A stretch of DNA of 64,000 nt from Polyangia bacterium (lineage in GTDB: Bacteria > Myxococcota_A > Polyangia > Fen-1088), in assembly GCA_035696125.1 (NCBI GenBank), contig DASRQZ010000036.1, positions 11,110 through 75,109 of the forward strand, written 5' to 3'. The first letter of the stretch is position 1, and the number at the start of each line of letters is the position of its first letter. Below the pieces are notes generated by a model. It had not been told where the DNA came from. It ran no database searches and saw nothing but the letters and a program-made list of their open reading frames with translations. The position numbers were made by a program, and so were the translations under genes. Shown piece after piece: positions 1-7,244 of the stretch.

Positions 1-144
1 CACGAGGTCGAGCGCCACGTGGTGTGCGAGGTCAAGGTCAAGGAGCTGCACGTCGAGCGCATGGTGCGGCTGCTGTTCGTGAAGGCGCGCACCTTGAGCC
101 ACGCGGCGCAGGCTTTTCTCGACGTGGTGCAAGGCCAGGCCTGA
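1..144 (+). CDS. LysR-family transcriptional regulator, C-terminal fragment (gene starts upstream of the window)
   Basis: Frame 1 is open from the window edge to TGA at 142-144. It reads ...VRLLFVKARTLSHAAQAFLDVVQGQA*, a tail typical of LysR-type regulators. Only 47 codons are visible, so the family call is tentative. Confidence 0.4.
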   Translation, partial: HEVERHVVCEVKVKELHVERMVRLLFVKARTLSHAAQAFLDVVQGQA

Positions 145-323
145 AACCTGAACGAAGGCAAGGCCCGCCCCCCGCAGCGCGACTGCGTCGCCAGGCCGAC
201 CCACGCACGCTAGAGCTGCCGTGGCCGGCGCACTGCATGGCAGCGACCGGCCCGCTTGACGTGCGAGTGATCATCGCCAGTTTTCCTGGTGAGGGACCTG
301 AAACTACACGGAGGGAGGTCGAG

Positions 324-473
324 ATGCTCTGGACTATCGCTGTGATTCTGCTGGTGCTGTGGGCCCTGGGGTTGGTGAGCTCGTTCACGATGGGGGGATT
401 CATTCACCTCCTGCTGGTCGCGGCGGTCGTCGTCGTCGCGGTGCGCCTGATCCAGGGACGCTCGCCGGTCTGA
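324..473 (+). CDS. lmo0937-family small membrane protein (49 aa)
   Basis: ATG at 324 follows a GGAGGGAGG RBS. The product MLWTIAVILLVLWALGLVSSFTMGGFIHLLLVAAVVVVAVRLIQGRSPV fits the conserved two-helix lmo0937 family pattern. The upstream part of ORF 24..473 is Arg/Pro-rich and non-protein-like. Confidence 0.8.
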   Translation: MLWTIAVILLVLWALGLVSSFTMGGFIHLLLVAAVVVVAVRLIQGRSPV

Positions 474-728
474 CCAAGACCCAGGGAGATGGCGGGCGCT
501 CGTGCGCGCAGGTGTCAGGCGCGCGCATGAGCGCGCCGCGCTCCGCTGGTCAGCGACGGAGTCGGCGAAAAACTCCGCTGCAAATTGCGAAGCGGCGCGG
601 TAAGCTCAACCACTTTCGTGCGTCGAGTACCACCGACCGTCGACGATGTCGTCGCGTACGCCGCCCGCCGGGCAGCGGTCGCGAAACGGGCGGATGCTGA
701 CCTGGCCTTGCCACGCAGCGCCGCTTCA

Positions 729-1664
729 ATGCTCCATCGCATCGAGCTCCGGCGTTTCGCCGGACCGGTTGCGTACCTGGAGCAGATTTCCCACCTTCGC
801 ATCGCGCACCTCACCGACCAGCACGTCGGTCGAGTCACGCCGATGGAGGTGCAGCGCACGGCGGTGGCGATGACCAATGCCGAAAAGCCGGACCTGGTCC
901 TGCTCACCGGAGACTTCGTCTGTCACAGCCAGCTTTATCTCGACGAGCTCACCGAGCTGGTGCGCGGCTTCGAGGCGCCGGCCATCGCGGTGCTGGGCAA
1001 CCACGATCACTGGTCGGGCGCCGACGAGGTCCAGCACGCCCTCGAGCGCGGCGGCGTCGAGGTGCTGCGCAATCGGCACACGACGATCACGCTGCGACAC
1101 GAGCGGCTTCAGGTGGTGGGGCTCGACGACGCCTATACCGGGCACGCGCGCCGAGACGAGGCGGTCAAGGGACTGCGCCACGACCTGCCGTCGATCGGGC
1201 TCTCGCACATCGCCGAGGAGGCCGACGGCCTGTGGCGCCACGGCGTTCCTCTGGTGCTCTCGGGACACACGCACGGCGGTCAGGTCACATTGGCGCGCCT
1301 GCACGAGCTGGCGCTCGGCATGATCGCCGGGCACAAATATGTCCATGGCCTGTACGGCTCGCGTCGCGGTTCCGCGCGCGCGGGCGGCAGCAACGGCAAG
1401 ACCCGGGCGGACGGGCCCGAGGGCGCGGTCTACGTGGGTGCCGGGATCGGCGCCGCCGTGGTGCCGTTGCGGCTCGGCGATCGCGGTCGGCGCGAAGTCA
1501 CGGTCTTCGAGCTTGGATGCGAGCCTGGCGACTTCGTCGAGCACCACAGCGAGCAAGAGGCCCTGCGCGGCCGCAAGCCGACCAAGGCGCTGATGGCCAA
1601 GCGTGCGGCGGCCGTGATTCGCAAGCGACTGTCGCGCGAGCGCAAGCGGCTGCGCGCAGGCTAG
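729..1664 (+). CDS. Metallophosphoesterase (calcineurin-like)
   Basis: The motifs AHLTDQHVG, LTGDFV, GNHDHW and SGHTHGGQ occur in canonical order. ATG 729 is in frame with ORF 585..1664 and is the first start just upstream of the conserved core. The start is uncertain. Confidence 0.85.
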   Translation: MLHRIELRRFAGPVAYLEQISHLRIAHLTDQHVGRVTPMEVQRTAVAMTNAEKPDLVLLTGDFVCHSQLYLDELTELVRGFEAPAIAVLGNHDHWSGADEVQHALERGGVEVLRNRHTTITLRHERLQVVGLDDAYTGHARRDEAVKGLRHDLPSIGLSHIAEEADGLWRHGVPLVLSGHTHGGQVTLARLHELALGMIAGHKYVHGLYGSRRGSARAGGSNGKTRADGPEGAVYVGAGIGAAVVPLRLGDRGRREVTVFELGCEPGDFVEHHSEQEALRGRKPTKALMAKRAAAVIRKRLSRERKRLRAG

Positions 1665-1748
1665 TACGACGCCATTGCGCCAGAGCACCGAACGGTTCGG
1701 GCCGCCGGCGGTTTTGATCGCCGCGCCGATGCGGGTTACCATGCGCGC

Positions 1749-1949
1749 GTGAGACGCATGCTCGCGGCGATGGCCTTGTTCCTCGGGGTCACTGGAGCGG
1801 CGATGCCCGCGTGTGAGGACGACAGCGTCTTCCGCAGCGGCGACCCGCCACCCAGCATCGACCCCGACAGCGGGACGGTCGGAGGCGGGGCGGACGACGC
1901 CGGTGATAGCGGAGGGGCGCCGGGTACTCCCGACGCTGGCAACGACTAA
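1749..1949 (+). CDS. Small secreted Asp/Gly/Pro-rich protein, possible lipoprotein
   Basis: GTG start and an N-terminal hydrophobic signal MRRMLAAMALFLGVTGAAMPAC, followed by an acidic low-complexity tail. I recognise no family. Confidence 0.4.
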   Translation: MRRMLAAMALFLGVTGAAMPACEDDSVFRSGDPPPSIDPDSGTVGGGADDAGDSGGAPGTPDAGND

Positions 1950-1962
1950 GGAGACCAAGACC

Positions 1963-2268
1963 ATGATCGCGATCCGAAAAAAGCTCTGTGCCTCCACCTT
2001 CGCCCTGGCGCTCGGCGCCTTGACCTTCACCAGCGCGGGCTGCATCGACAACAGCGGCAACAAGACCTACCCGCGCCCCGACGCCGGAACCGACGTCGCC
2101 GCTACCGACACCGAGGCCGACACGCCCACCTCCAGCGACGCGCCCGCCGGCGATATCACGCCCGGAGAAGATCTGGCCGGCGACCGCCCCGGGGACACCA
2201 CCGTCGGCGGCGACGCTGGCGACGCGCTCCGCAGCGACCTCCGGGTGGACCTACCCGCCGCCGGCTAG
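1963..2268 (+). CDS. Small acidic lipoprotein
   Basis: AAGGAG RBS at 1948-1953 and ATG at 1963. The signal peptide has the lipobox LTFTSAGC, followed by an Asp/Thr/Gly-rich tail. Confidence 0.6.
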   Translation: MIAIRKKLCASTFALALGALTFTSAGCIDNSGNKTYPRPDAGTDVAATDTEADTPTSSDAPAGDITPGEDLAGDRPGDTTVGGDAGDALRSDLRVDLPAAG

Positions 2269-2341
2269 GAGGAGAGGGCCAGGTGTCGCCAGTCGGCGGC
2301 GCGACGAGCAGGAAGCGCAGGTCTCAAGCGGCGCCCACTCC

Positions 2342-4087
2342 CTACTCGACGATGGGGGCGCCGTTTGCGATGGTGCCCGACGGCTTTGCCGACGGCGCGG
2401 CGGGCGGCGCGAGGATCTCGGCCGCGGGCGTGGGCGCGGCGGGCACGGATGGCGGCACCGCGTTCGGCTCCTGACGGAACAGGGTCGGCGCGATTCTGGG
2501 CGCCGGCACCACCACCACCGGCACCGAGGTCACCCGCGCCCCCGGAACGGCCAGCGGCTCGGCCGGCGCACGCGGCGCAATCTGTCGCCGTACCAGCTCG
2601 GATCCCGCCGGCACCGGCGTTGACGGCGTCACCATCGGCTCGGCCGGCGTCACGTTCTGGCTCCCAGTGGACGCTGGCGCGGTCGGGGACACCACCGCCG
2701 GCGCCGTCGGTTCGGCTTCGGGGGCGCGAGCCGTGGCCGATGACTCGCCCCGCCCCCACCGCCCATGCAGCGCCGCCGCGCTGATGGCCACGGCGATGAT
2801 CACGATGCCCGCCAGCGCCACCAGGGTGACCGCGGCGGCGCGCGACCGGCGCCAGCCACCTCGAACCTGCGCGGTGGTGACATCGCGCCCACCGGTTGGA
2901 GGGCGACCCGACCCGACCGCCGCTCGCGCCATGGTGCGGGTCTCGATCTCGCTGGCCAGCGCCACCTCCCCGCCGCGCAGCTCGCCCGCCACTGCCCCCC
3001 TACCCGCCCGCGCCGCGCGCCCCGCGCCCTTGCGGGCTCCCGGGCCGCGGACCGGTGCCGGCAGATTGACCGTCGACGCGGGTCCCAGGCTGGAGCGATG
3101 GAAGAGCGTGCGCACCAGCTCGCCAAGCCCGACCCCGTCGCCGGTGTACCCGGGCAGCGCCAGCAGCGCCGACAGCGCGTCGGCGGTGGTCGAGAACCGC
3201 TCCTCGCGGCGCGCCGACAACATCTTGCGCACGAAGCCCTCGACGGGCGCCGGGATCTTGCGCTCGCGGTTGATGAGGCCGAGCGGCGGAATGTCGCAGC
3301 GCATGACCTTGCCGGCGATCTCGACCTCGTCGTTGCCGTCGAACAACGGCCGCCCCGCCAGCAGCTCCCACAGGGTGATGCCCATCGCGAACTGGTCGGT
3401 GCGATGGTCGACGCTCTCGCCGTTCAATTGTTCGGGGGACGCGTAACTGAGCTTGCCGCGAATGGTGCCGGTCTTGGTGCGCGTGCTGTGGGCCAGCGAC
3501 TTGGCGATGCCGAAGTCCGACAGCTTGACCTCGCCCGAGAAACCGACCAGCACGTTGTGGGGCGAAACGTCGCGGTGGACCAGACCCAGCAGCTGTCCGT
3601 GCTCGCGCCGCTCGTGTACGTAGCGCAGCCCCTTCATCACCTCGCCGGCCAGGTACAGCGACAGCGGCACCGGAAAGACGTAGCCGGCGTGTTTGGCGGC
3701 CTCGGCGACGCGCCGGACGTCGTGGCCCTCGATGTGCTCCATCGCGATGTAGTAGCGGCCTCCGTTGCCGCGCTCCGGATCGACCACGACCTTGTCGAAG
3801 TCGAAGACGGAGACCAGGTTGGCGTGCTGCAGCTGCGCCGCGATCCGCGCCTCCTTGACGAACAGCTTTTCCAGATCGGCGTCGCCGCTGAACGACTCCA
3901 GGATGAACTTCAGCGCCACCGGCTTGACGAACCCCTCCGGACCCTCGGCGCGCGCGGCCCACACCTCAGCCATGCCTCCCACGGCGATGCGCTCGCCTAG
4001 GACGTACTTGCCGATGCGCTGGCCTGGGTGCACCAGATCTATACGCCGGCCAGCCCGCCTGAAGTCAAGCGCCACCCTTCTCCACAC
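2342..4087 (-). CDS. Ser/Thr protein kinase with TM segment and Pro/Ala-rich C-terminal region
   Basis: Hanks kinase motifs are present: GGMAEVW, VALKFI, HRDVSPHNVL, DFGIAK and SYASPEQ. They are followed by the TM helix VTLVALAGIVIIAVAISAAAL and a P/A-rich tail. The start is uncertain. GTG 4087 follows a purine-rich stretch, and ATG 4129 is the alternative. Confidence 0.9.
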   Translation of the reverse strand: MWRRVALDFRRAGRRIDLVHPGQRIGKYVLGERIAVGGMAEVWAARAEGPEGFVKPVALKFILESFSGDADLEKLFVKEARIAAQLQHANLVSVFDFDKVVVDPERGNGGRYYIAMEHIEGHDVRRVAEAAKHAGYVFPVPLSLYLAGEVMKGLRYVHERREHGQLLGLVHRDVSPHNVLVGFSGEVKLSDFGIAKSLAHSTRTKTGTIRGKLSYASPEQLNGESVDHRTDQFAMGITLWELLAGRPLFDGNDEVEIAGKVMRCDIPPLGLINRERKIPAPVEGFVRKMLSARREERFSTTADALSALLALPGYTGDGVGLGELVRTLFHRSSLGPASTVNLPAPVRGPGARKGAGRAARAGRGAVAGELRGGEVALASEIETRTMARAAVGSGRPPTGGRDVTTAQVRGGWRRSRAAAVTLVALAGIVIIAVAISAAALHGRWGRGESSATARAPEAEPTAPAVVSPTAPASTGSQNVTPAEPMVTPSTPVPAGSELVRRQIAPRAPAEPLAVPGARVTSVPVVVVPAPRIAPTLFRQEPNAVPPSVPAAPTPAAEILAPPAAPSAKPSGTIANGAPIVE

Positions 4088-4127
4088 TTGCCTGTAACCT
4101 TTTCCTTCCCCATCGATCAAAGCAACC

Positions 4128-4847
4128 ATGGAAACCGCCCGCCGCGCCCGCGTGGATCCCTTGTCATCGACGCTGTCGGACGAGGAGATCGTGGCGCGGG
4201 TCAGCGCGGGGCAGGTCGACCTCTTCGAGGTCCTGATGCGGCGGCACAACCAGCGCGTTTTCCGCGCGGCCCGCGCCATCGTGCGCGACGACGCCGAGGC
4301 CGAGGACGTCATGCAGGAGGCATACGTCCGGGCCTACGCCCAGCTCGGCCAGTTCGAGGGGCGGGCCCAGTGGTCGACCTGGGTGACCCGCATCGCAGTC
4401 AACGAAGCCCTGGGACGACTCCGGCGTGGCGGGCGATTCGTCCACACCGATCTCGACCGTGAACAGGAGGCCAAGGTGGATCGAAGCGACGAGGCCTGGC
4501 GGAACGCGAACGGAGGCTCGGCGCCCTTCCCGGTGGGCCCCGAAGATCAGGCCGCCGCGCGCGAGCTGGGCGGATTCCTGGAGCACGCGATGGACTCGCT
4601 GCCCGACATCTACCGGACCGTCTTCGTGCTGCGCGAAGTCGAGGAGATGTCGACCGCCGAGGCGGCCACCACCCTCGACATCAGCGAGGAGCTGGTCAAG
4701 GTGCGCCTGCACCGCGCGCGCGCCGCGCTCCGCCAGCGCCTGGACGAGCGCGTCGGCTCGGCGCTACGCGGCGTTTACGACTTCCACTTGACCCGCTGCG
4801 ACCGGGTGGTCGCGGCGGTGATGGCCAGGATCGGCCCGCGACGGTAA
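4128..4847 (+). CDS. ECF-type RNA polymerase sigma factor with short C-terminal extension
   Basis: The sigma-2 region (RRHNQRVFRAARAIVRDDAEAEDVMQEAYVRAY, WSTWVTRIAVNEAL) and the sigma-4 region (VFVLREVEEMSTAEAATTLDISEELVKVRLHRARAAL) are both present. There is a ~45-aa extension. No anti-sigma gene is adjacent. Confidence 0.9.
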   Translation: METARRARVDPLSSTLSDEEIVARVSAGQVDLFEVLMRRHNQRVFRAARAIVRDDAEAEDVMQEAYVRAYAQLGQFEGRAQWSTWVTRIAVNEALGRLRRGGRFVHTDLDREQEAKVDRSDEAWRNANGGSAPFPVGPEDQAAARELGGFLEHAMDSLPDIYRTVFVLREVEEMSTAEAATTLDISEELVKVRLHRARAALRQRLDERVGSALRGVYDFHLTRCDRVVAAVMARIGPRR

Positions 4848-4866
4848 GGGCGTGCAGTTCGGTTAA

Positions 4867-5203
4867 GGGCCTCGGGCCTCGGGCCTCGGGCCTCGGGCTT
4901 CAGGCCTCGGGTAAGTTGAGGATTACGAGTGCCTGCAGAGCCCCTGATCATACGGCTGTAGCCAGCCCCGCGGCGGATTTGGCTCTGCAGACCGAATCGC
5001 GCGGCGATGGGGAAACCCGCCGTCGCTCGATAAGCGTCGGGGACGAGGTCGTCTGCCAATAGCAACGTCCGTAGGCGGTACGGTTCTCTGCTCATGCCCA
5101 GACTCATCGGCCGTGGCGTCGCAAGAGTTTCCCCCGCAGTCCAGGTCCGACGCCCCCGAAGTCCGAAGTCTGAGGCCTGAGGCCTGAGGCCCGAGGGGCT
5201 TCG
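4867..5203. repeat. Hairpin element E1: (GGGCCTCG)n arm, 240-bp interior, complementary (CTGAGGCC/CCGAGG)n arm
   Basis: The left arm 4867-4911 is gggcctcg x4 plus ggcttcaggcctcggg. The right arm 5153-5203 is ccgaagtccgaagtctgaggcctgaggcctgaggcccgagg. The arms are reverse complements in type. Confidence 0.8.
4925..5107 (-). pseudogene. Four-helix-bundle protein (23S rRNA intervening-sequence protein family) remnant
   Basis: The minus-strand translation is SREPYRLRTLLLADDLVPDAYRATAGFPIAARFGLQSQIRRGAGYSRMIRGSAG. It fits the family consensus A..L...VY..T..FP..ER.GL.SQIRRAA.SI..NIAEG.G for the first ~55 residues. The second half of the family is missing. Confidence 0.5.
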
Positions 5204-5234
5204 ATCGGAGGCTTGCCTCCGCAAGGCCTCCCGC

Positions 5235-5403
5235 CTGACGAATCCCCGCGAATCTCGTTCGCGAGTCCGTCCTGCGCCGTCTTCCCGTCGGCGTCAGCGT
5301 CGGCGTCAGCGTGGGCGACTCGAACGGGGACAGAGCCAGAATCGCCGACGCCGACGCCGACGCTGACGCCGACGGATGAATCGTATTCGTGGGGATTCGT
5401 CAG
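5235..5403. repeat. Hairpin element E2 (169 bp), arms of GGCGTC / GACGCC hexamer repeats
   Basis: The outer stem pairs ctgacgaatccccgcgaat (5235-5253) with attcgtggggattcgtcag (5385-5403). The inner stem pairs ccgtcggcgtcagcgtcggcgtcagcgtgggcgac (5285-5319) with tcgccgacgccgacgccgacgctgacgccgacgg (5342-5375). Confidence 0.8.
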
Positions 5404-5451
5404 CCTGCCCCCTGCCGGGCTCTCCCCCGCGTCCATCTCGGTGGCCGGCCC

Positions 5452-6516
5452 TCAGGGCATCTTGAGATACTGCTCGGGTACGTCGGCGAAACCCCACTTG
5501 GCCAGCTGACGCGCCCAGGTGCCCAGGTTCTCCTTGGTGACCCGCACCGGCTCCATCGGGATGATCGTGGGCACGTTCTTCTTGAAGTAGATCTTGTCGA
5601 TCACGGTGGTGACGCCGACCTGGCCCCACAGGTAAGGCGCCTGTGCGATCAGCACCGGCGTCAGCCCCTTCTCGACGTAGGACAGCTCGGGCGCCAGCGC
5701 GTCGGCCGCGACGATCTTCACCTTCCTGGGATCGAGATCGGTGAGCAAGGTCTTGGTGTAGAGCGCCCAGCCGCCGACCATGGCCCAGCCCTTGATGTCG
5801 GGGTAGGCGTTGTTGACCCGGATGACCTCGGAGACGGCGTCCTGCGGGGTCTCGATGTGATAGAAGGTGCCGACGATCTGGATACCGGGGTGCTTGGCCG
5901 CCTCGGCCTTCACCGCATCGACGCGGCGGCGCAGGTTGGGCGCGTTCTGGTTGCCGGCCAGGATCGCGACCCGCCCGCGGCCGTCGAGCTGCTTGACCAG
6001 CTCGACCATCACGTCCTGCCCCATGCGCCGATCATCGACGCCGTAGAACGAGAAGCGCTTGGACTGAGGCGCGTCGCTGTCGAAGGTCATGACCGGCACA
6101 CCGCGCGCGACCGCGTCGTCGATCGCGCCCGTCACCTTGCCGGCATCGGAGCACGACACCAGGATGGCGTTCGCGCCTTCGTTGACCGCCTGGGCGATGC
6201 GCTGCGCCTGGATCTGGCCATCCTCCTGCGGCGGCGTGAGCCAGGCGATCTCGATCGGCACGCCGAGCTTGAGCGACAGCTCCTTGGCGGTGGTCTCGGC
6301 GCCGGTGCGCGCCGAAAGGAATACCGGGTTGGTCGAGCTCTTGGCGATCATCGCGATCCGGATCGGGTGCGCCGCCTCCGGTACCGGCTCGGCGCCGCCG
6401 CCGGGCGTCGTCGGGCCGCCGCCGGGGCCGCGTCCCCGGTTGCAGGACGCGAACATCAGCGAGACCGACAGCGTGGCGGCCCAGACAACCAGGAAGTCAA
6501 TGGCCGGCACGGCCAT
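5452..6516 (-). CDS. Sugar ABC transporter substrate-binding lipoprotein (RbsB/LacI-type periplasmic binding fold)
   Basis: ATG 6516 sits directly after GGAGG. The signal has the lipobox LMFASC. The body (IRIAMIAKSSTNPVFLSARTGAE, ILVSCSDAGKVTGAIDDAVARGVPVMTFDSD) is typical of type-I sugar-binding proteins. Confidence 0.85.
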   Translation of the reverse strand: MAVPAIDFLVVWAATLSVSLMFASCNRGRGPGGGPTTPGGGAEPVPEAAHPIRIAMIAKSSTNPVFLSARTGAETTAKELSLKLGVPIEIAWLTPPQEDGQIQAQRIAQAVNEGANAILVSCSDAGKVTGAIDDAVARGVPVMTFDSDAPQSKRFSFYGVDDRRMGQDVMVELVKQLDGRGRVAILAGNQNAPNLRRRVDAVKAEAAKHPGIQIVGTFYHIETPQDAVSEVIRVNNAYPDIKGWAMVGGWALYTKTLLTDLDPRKVKIVAADALAPELSYVEKGLTPVLIAQAPYLWGQVGVTTVIDKIYFKKNVPTIIPMEPVRVTKENLGTWARQLAKWGFADVPEQYLKMP

Positions 6517-6575
6517 CCTCCCGCCGACTCGGCGGGGCTTGCAACCGGACCCGCGCGGGGGCGCGCCCAGTATCG

Positions 6576-6946
6576 TCACCCTGGCTCCCTTGCTCGCGGG
6601 CCACGCGCACCGCTCGCCGTCAGGCGGCGCGCCGCGAAGCGGGTGCTCGACTGATCCAACCTGACGGCGATGGCGATGGCGCAGCCGATGACGATCCATT
6701 CGTAGTTCTGGTCGAAGTGCAAGGTGCGGATCGATGGCGGATGAGAACGATCAGGATCGCCCCCAGCATGGCGTTGATCGCGCTCCCTCATCTCCGCTGA
6801 GGCTGCCCCCCCGCACCACGGCGGAGGCCATGACGTATAACTCATATGCGGTGGCGTCTCCACAGGGCGCCGAGCGTCGTCGCGAGCCCGACGATGACCA
6901 GCAGGAGCCCGGCCTGCTGCGAGCCGAGCAGGCGGCGGGCGCCCAT
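6576..6946 (-). pseudogene. Ribose-type ABC permease remnant (internal deletion plus frameshift)
   Basis: The minus strand from ATG 6946 reads MGARRLLGSQQAGLLLVIVGLATTLGALWRRHRI*, which is a permease N-terminus. Further downstream, AINAMLGAILIVLIR in one frame continues as LHFDQNYEWIVIGCAIAIAVRLDQ in another, which is a permease C-terminus. About 250 residues of the middle are absent. Confidence 0.5.
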
Positions 6947-6970
6947 GAGAGAATGTCGTTCGGATAGGGC

Positions 6971-7049
6971 TAACCGCCAAGACGCCATGACGCCAAGATC
7001 CGGATTATCAGTGGTCCGGGCTTGGCGTCTGCGGCGCCTTGGCGGTTAA
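6971..7049. repeat. Hairpin element E3, GCCAAGAC / GTCTTGGC type
   Basis: taaccgccaagacgccatgacgccaagatccgga pairs with tccgggcttggcgtctgcggcgccttggcggtta. The apex contains gatccgga. Confidence 0.8.
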
Positions 7050-7244
7050 CCGACCCGCATTGGGCCATGAGACGCAGTTAGTATACGTGCGCGCCGCCGA
7101 GGAAAATGATCTGGGGCTGGGGCAGAAAACCAGTAACTCCGCGAGGTTCCCATGACGTCGCAGGCCACCTGGCTGAGCTGGTTCCTGGCCCCTCCGCTAC
7201 TGCTATGGTGGCGCCGCCATAGCGACAAGCCCCCTGGAGGATGC

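Noticed and set aside
4127-4130. The CCATGG palindrome would make the kinase ATG (4129, minus) and the sigma ATG (4128, plus) overlap head to head.
   Set aside because: The 40 nt downstream of that kinase ATG are AT-richer and purine-rich, like an untranslated leader. A GTG at 4087 with an upstream AAAGG is a more plausible kinase start. I cannot decide without data.
4867-5403. The tandem-repeat runs could be mistaken for a CRISPR array, here and at the other elements.
   Set aside because: The units are only 6-10 nt and directly abutting with no spacers. Each run faces a complementary run. No cas genes are present.
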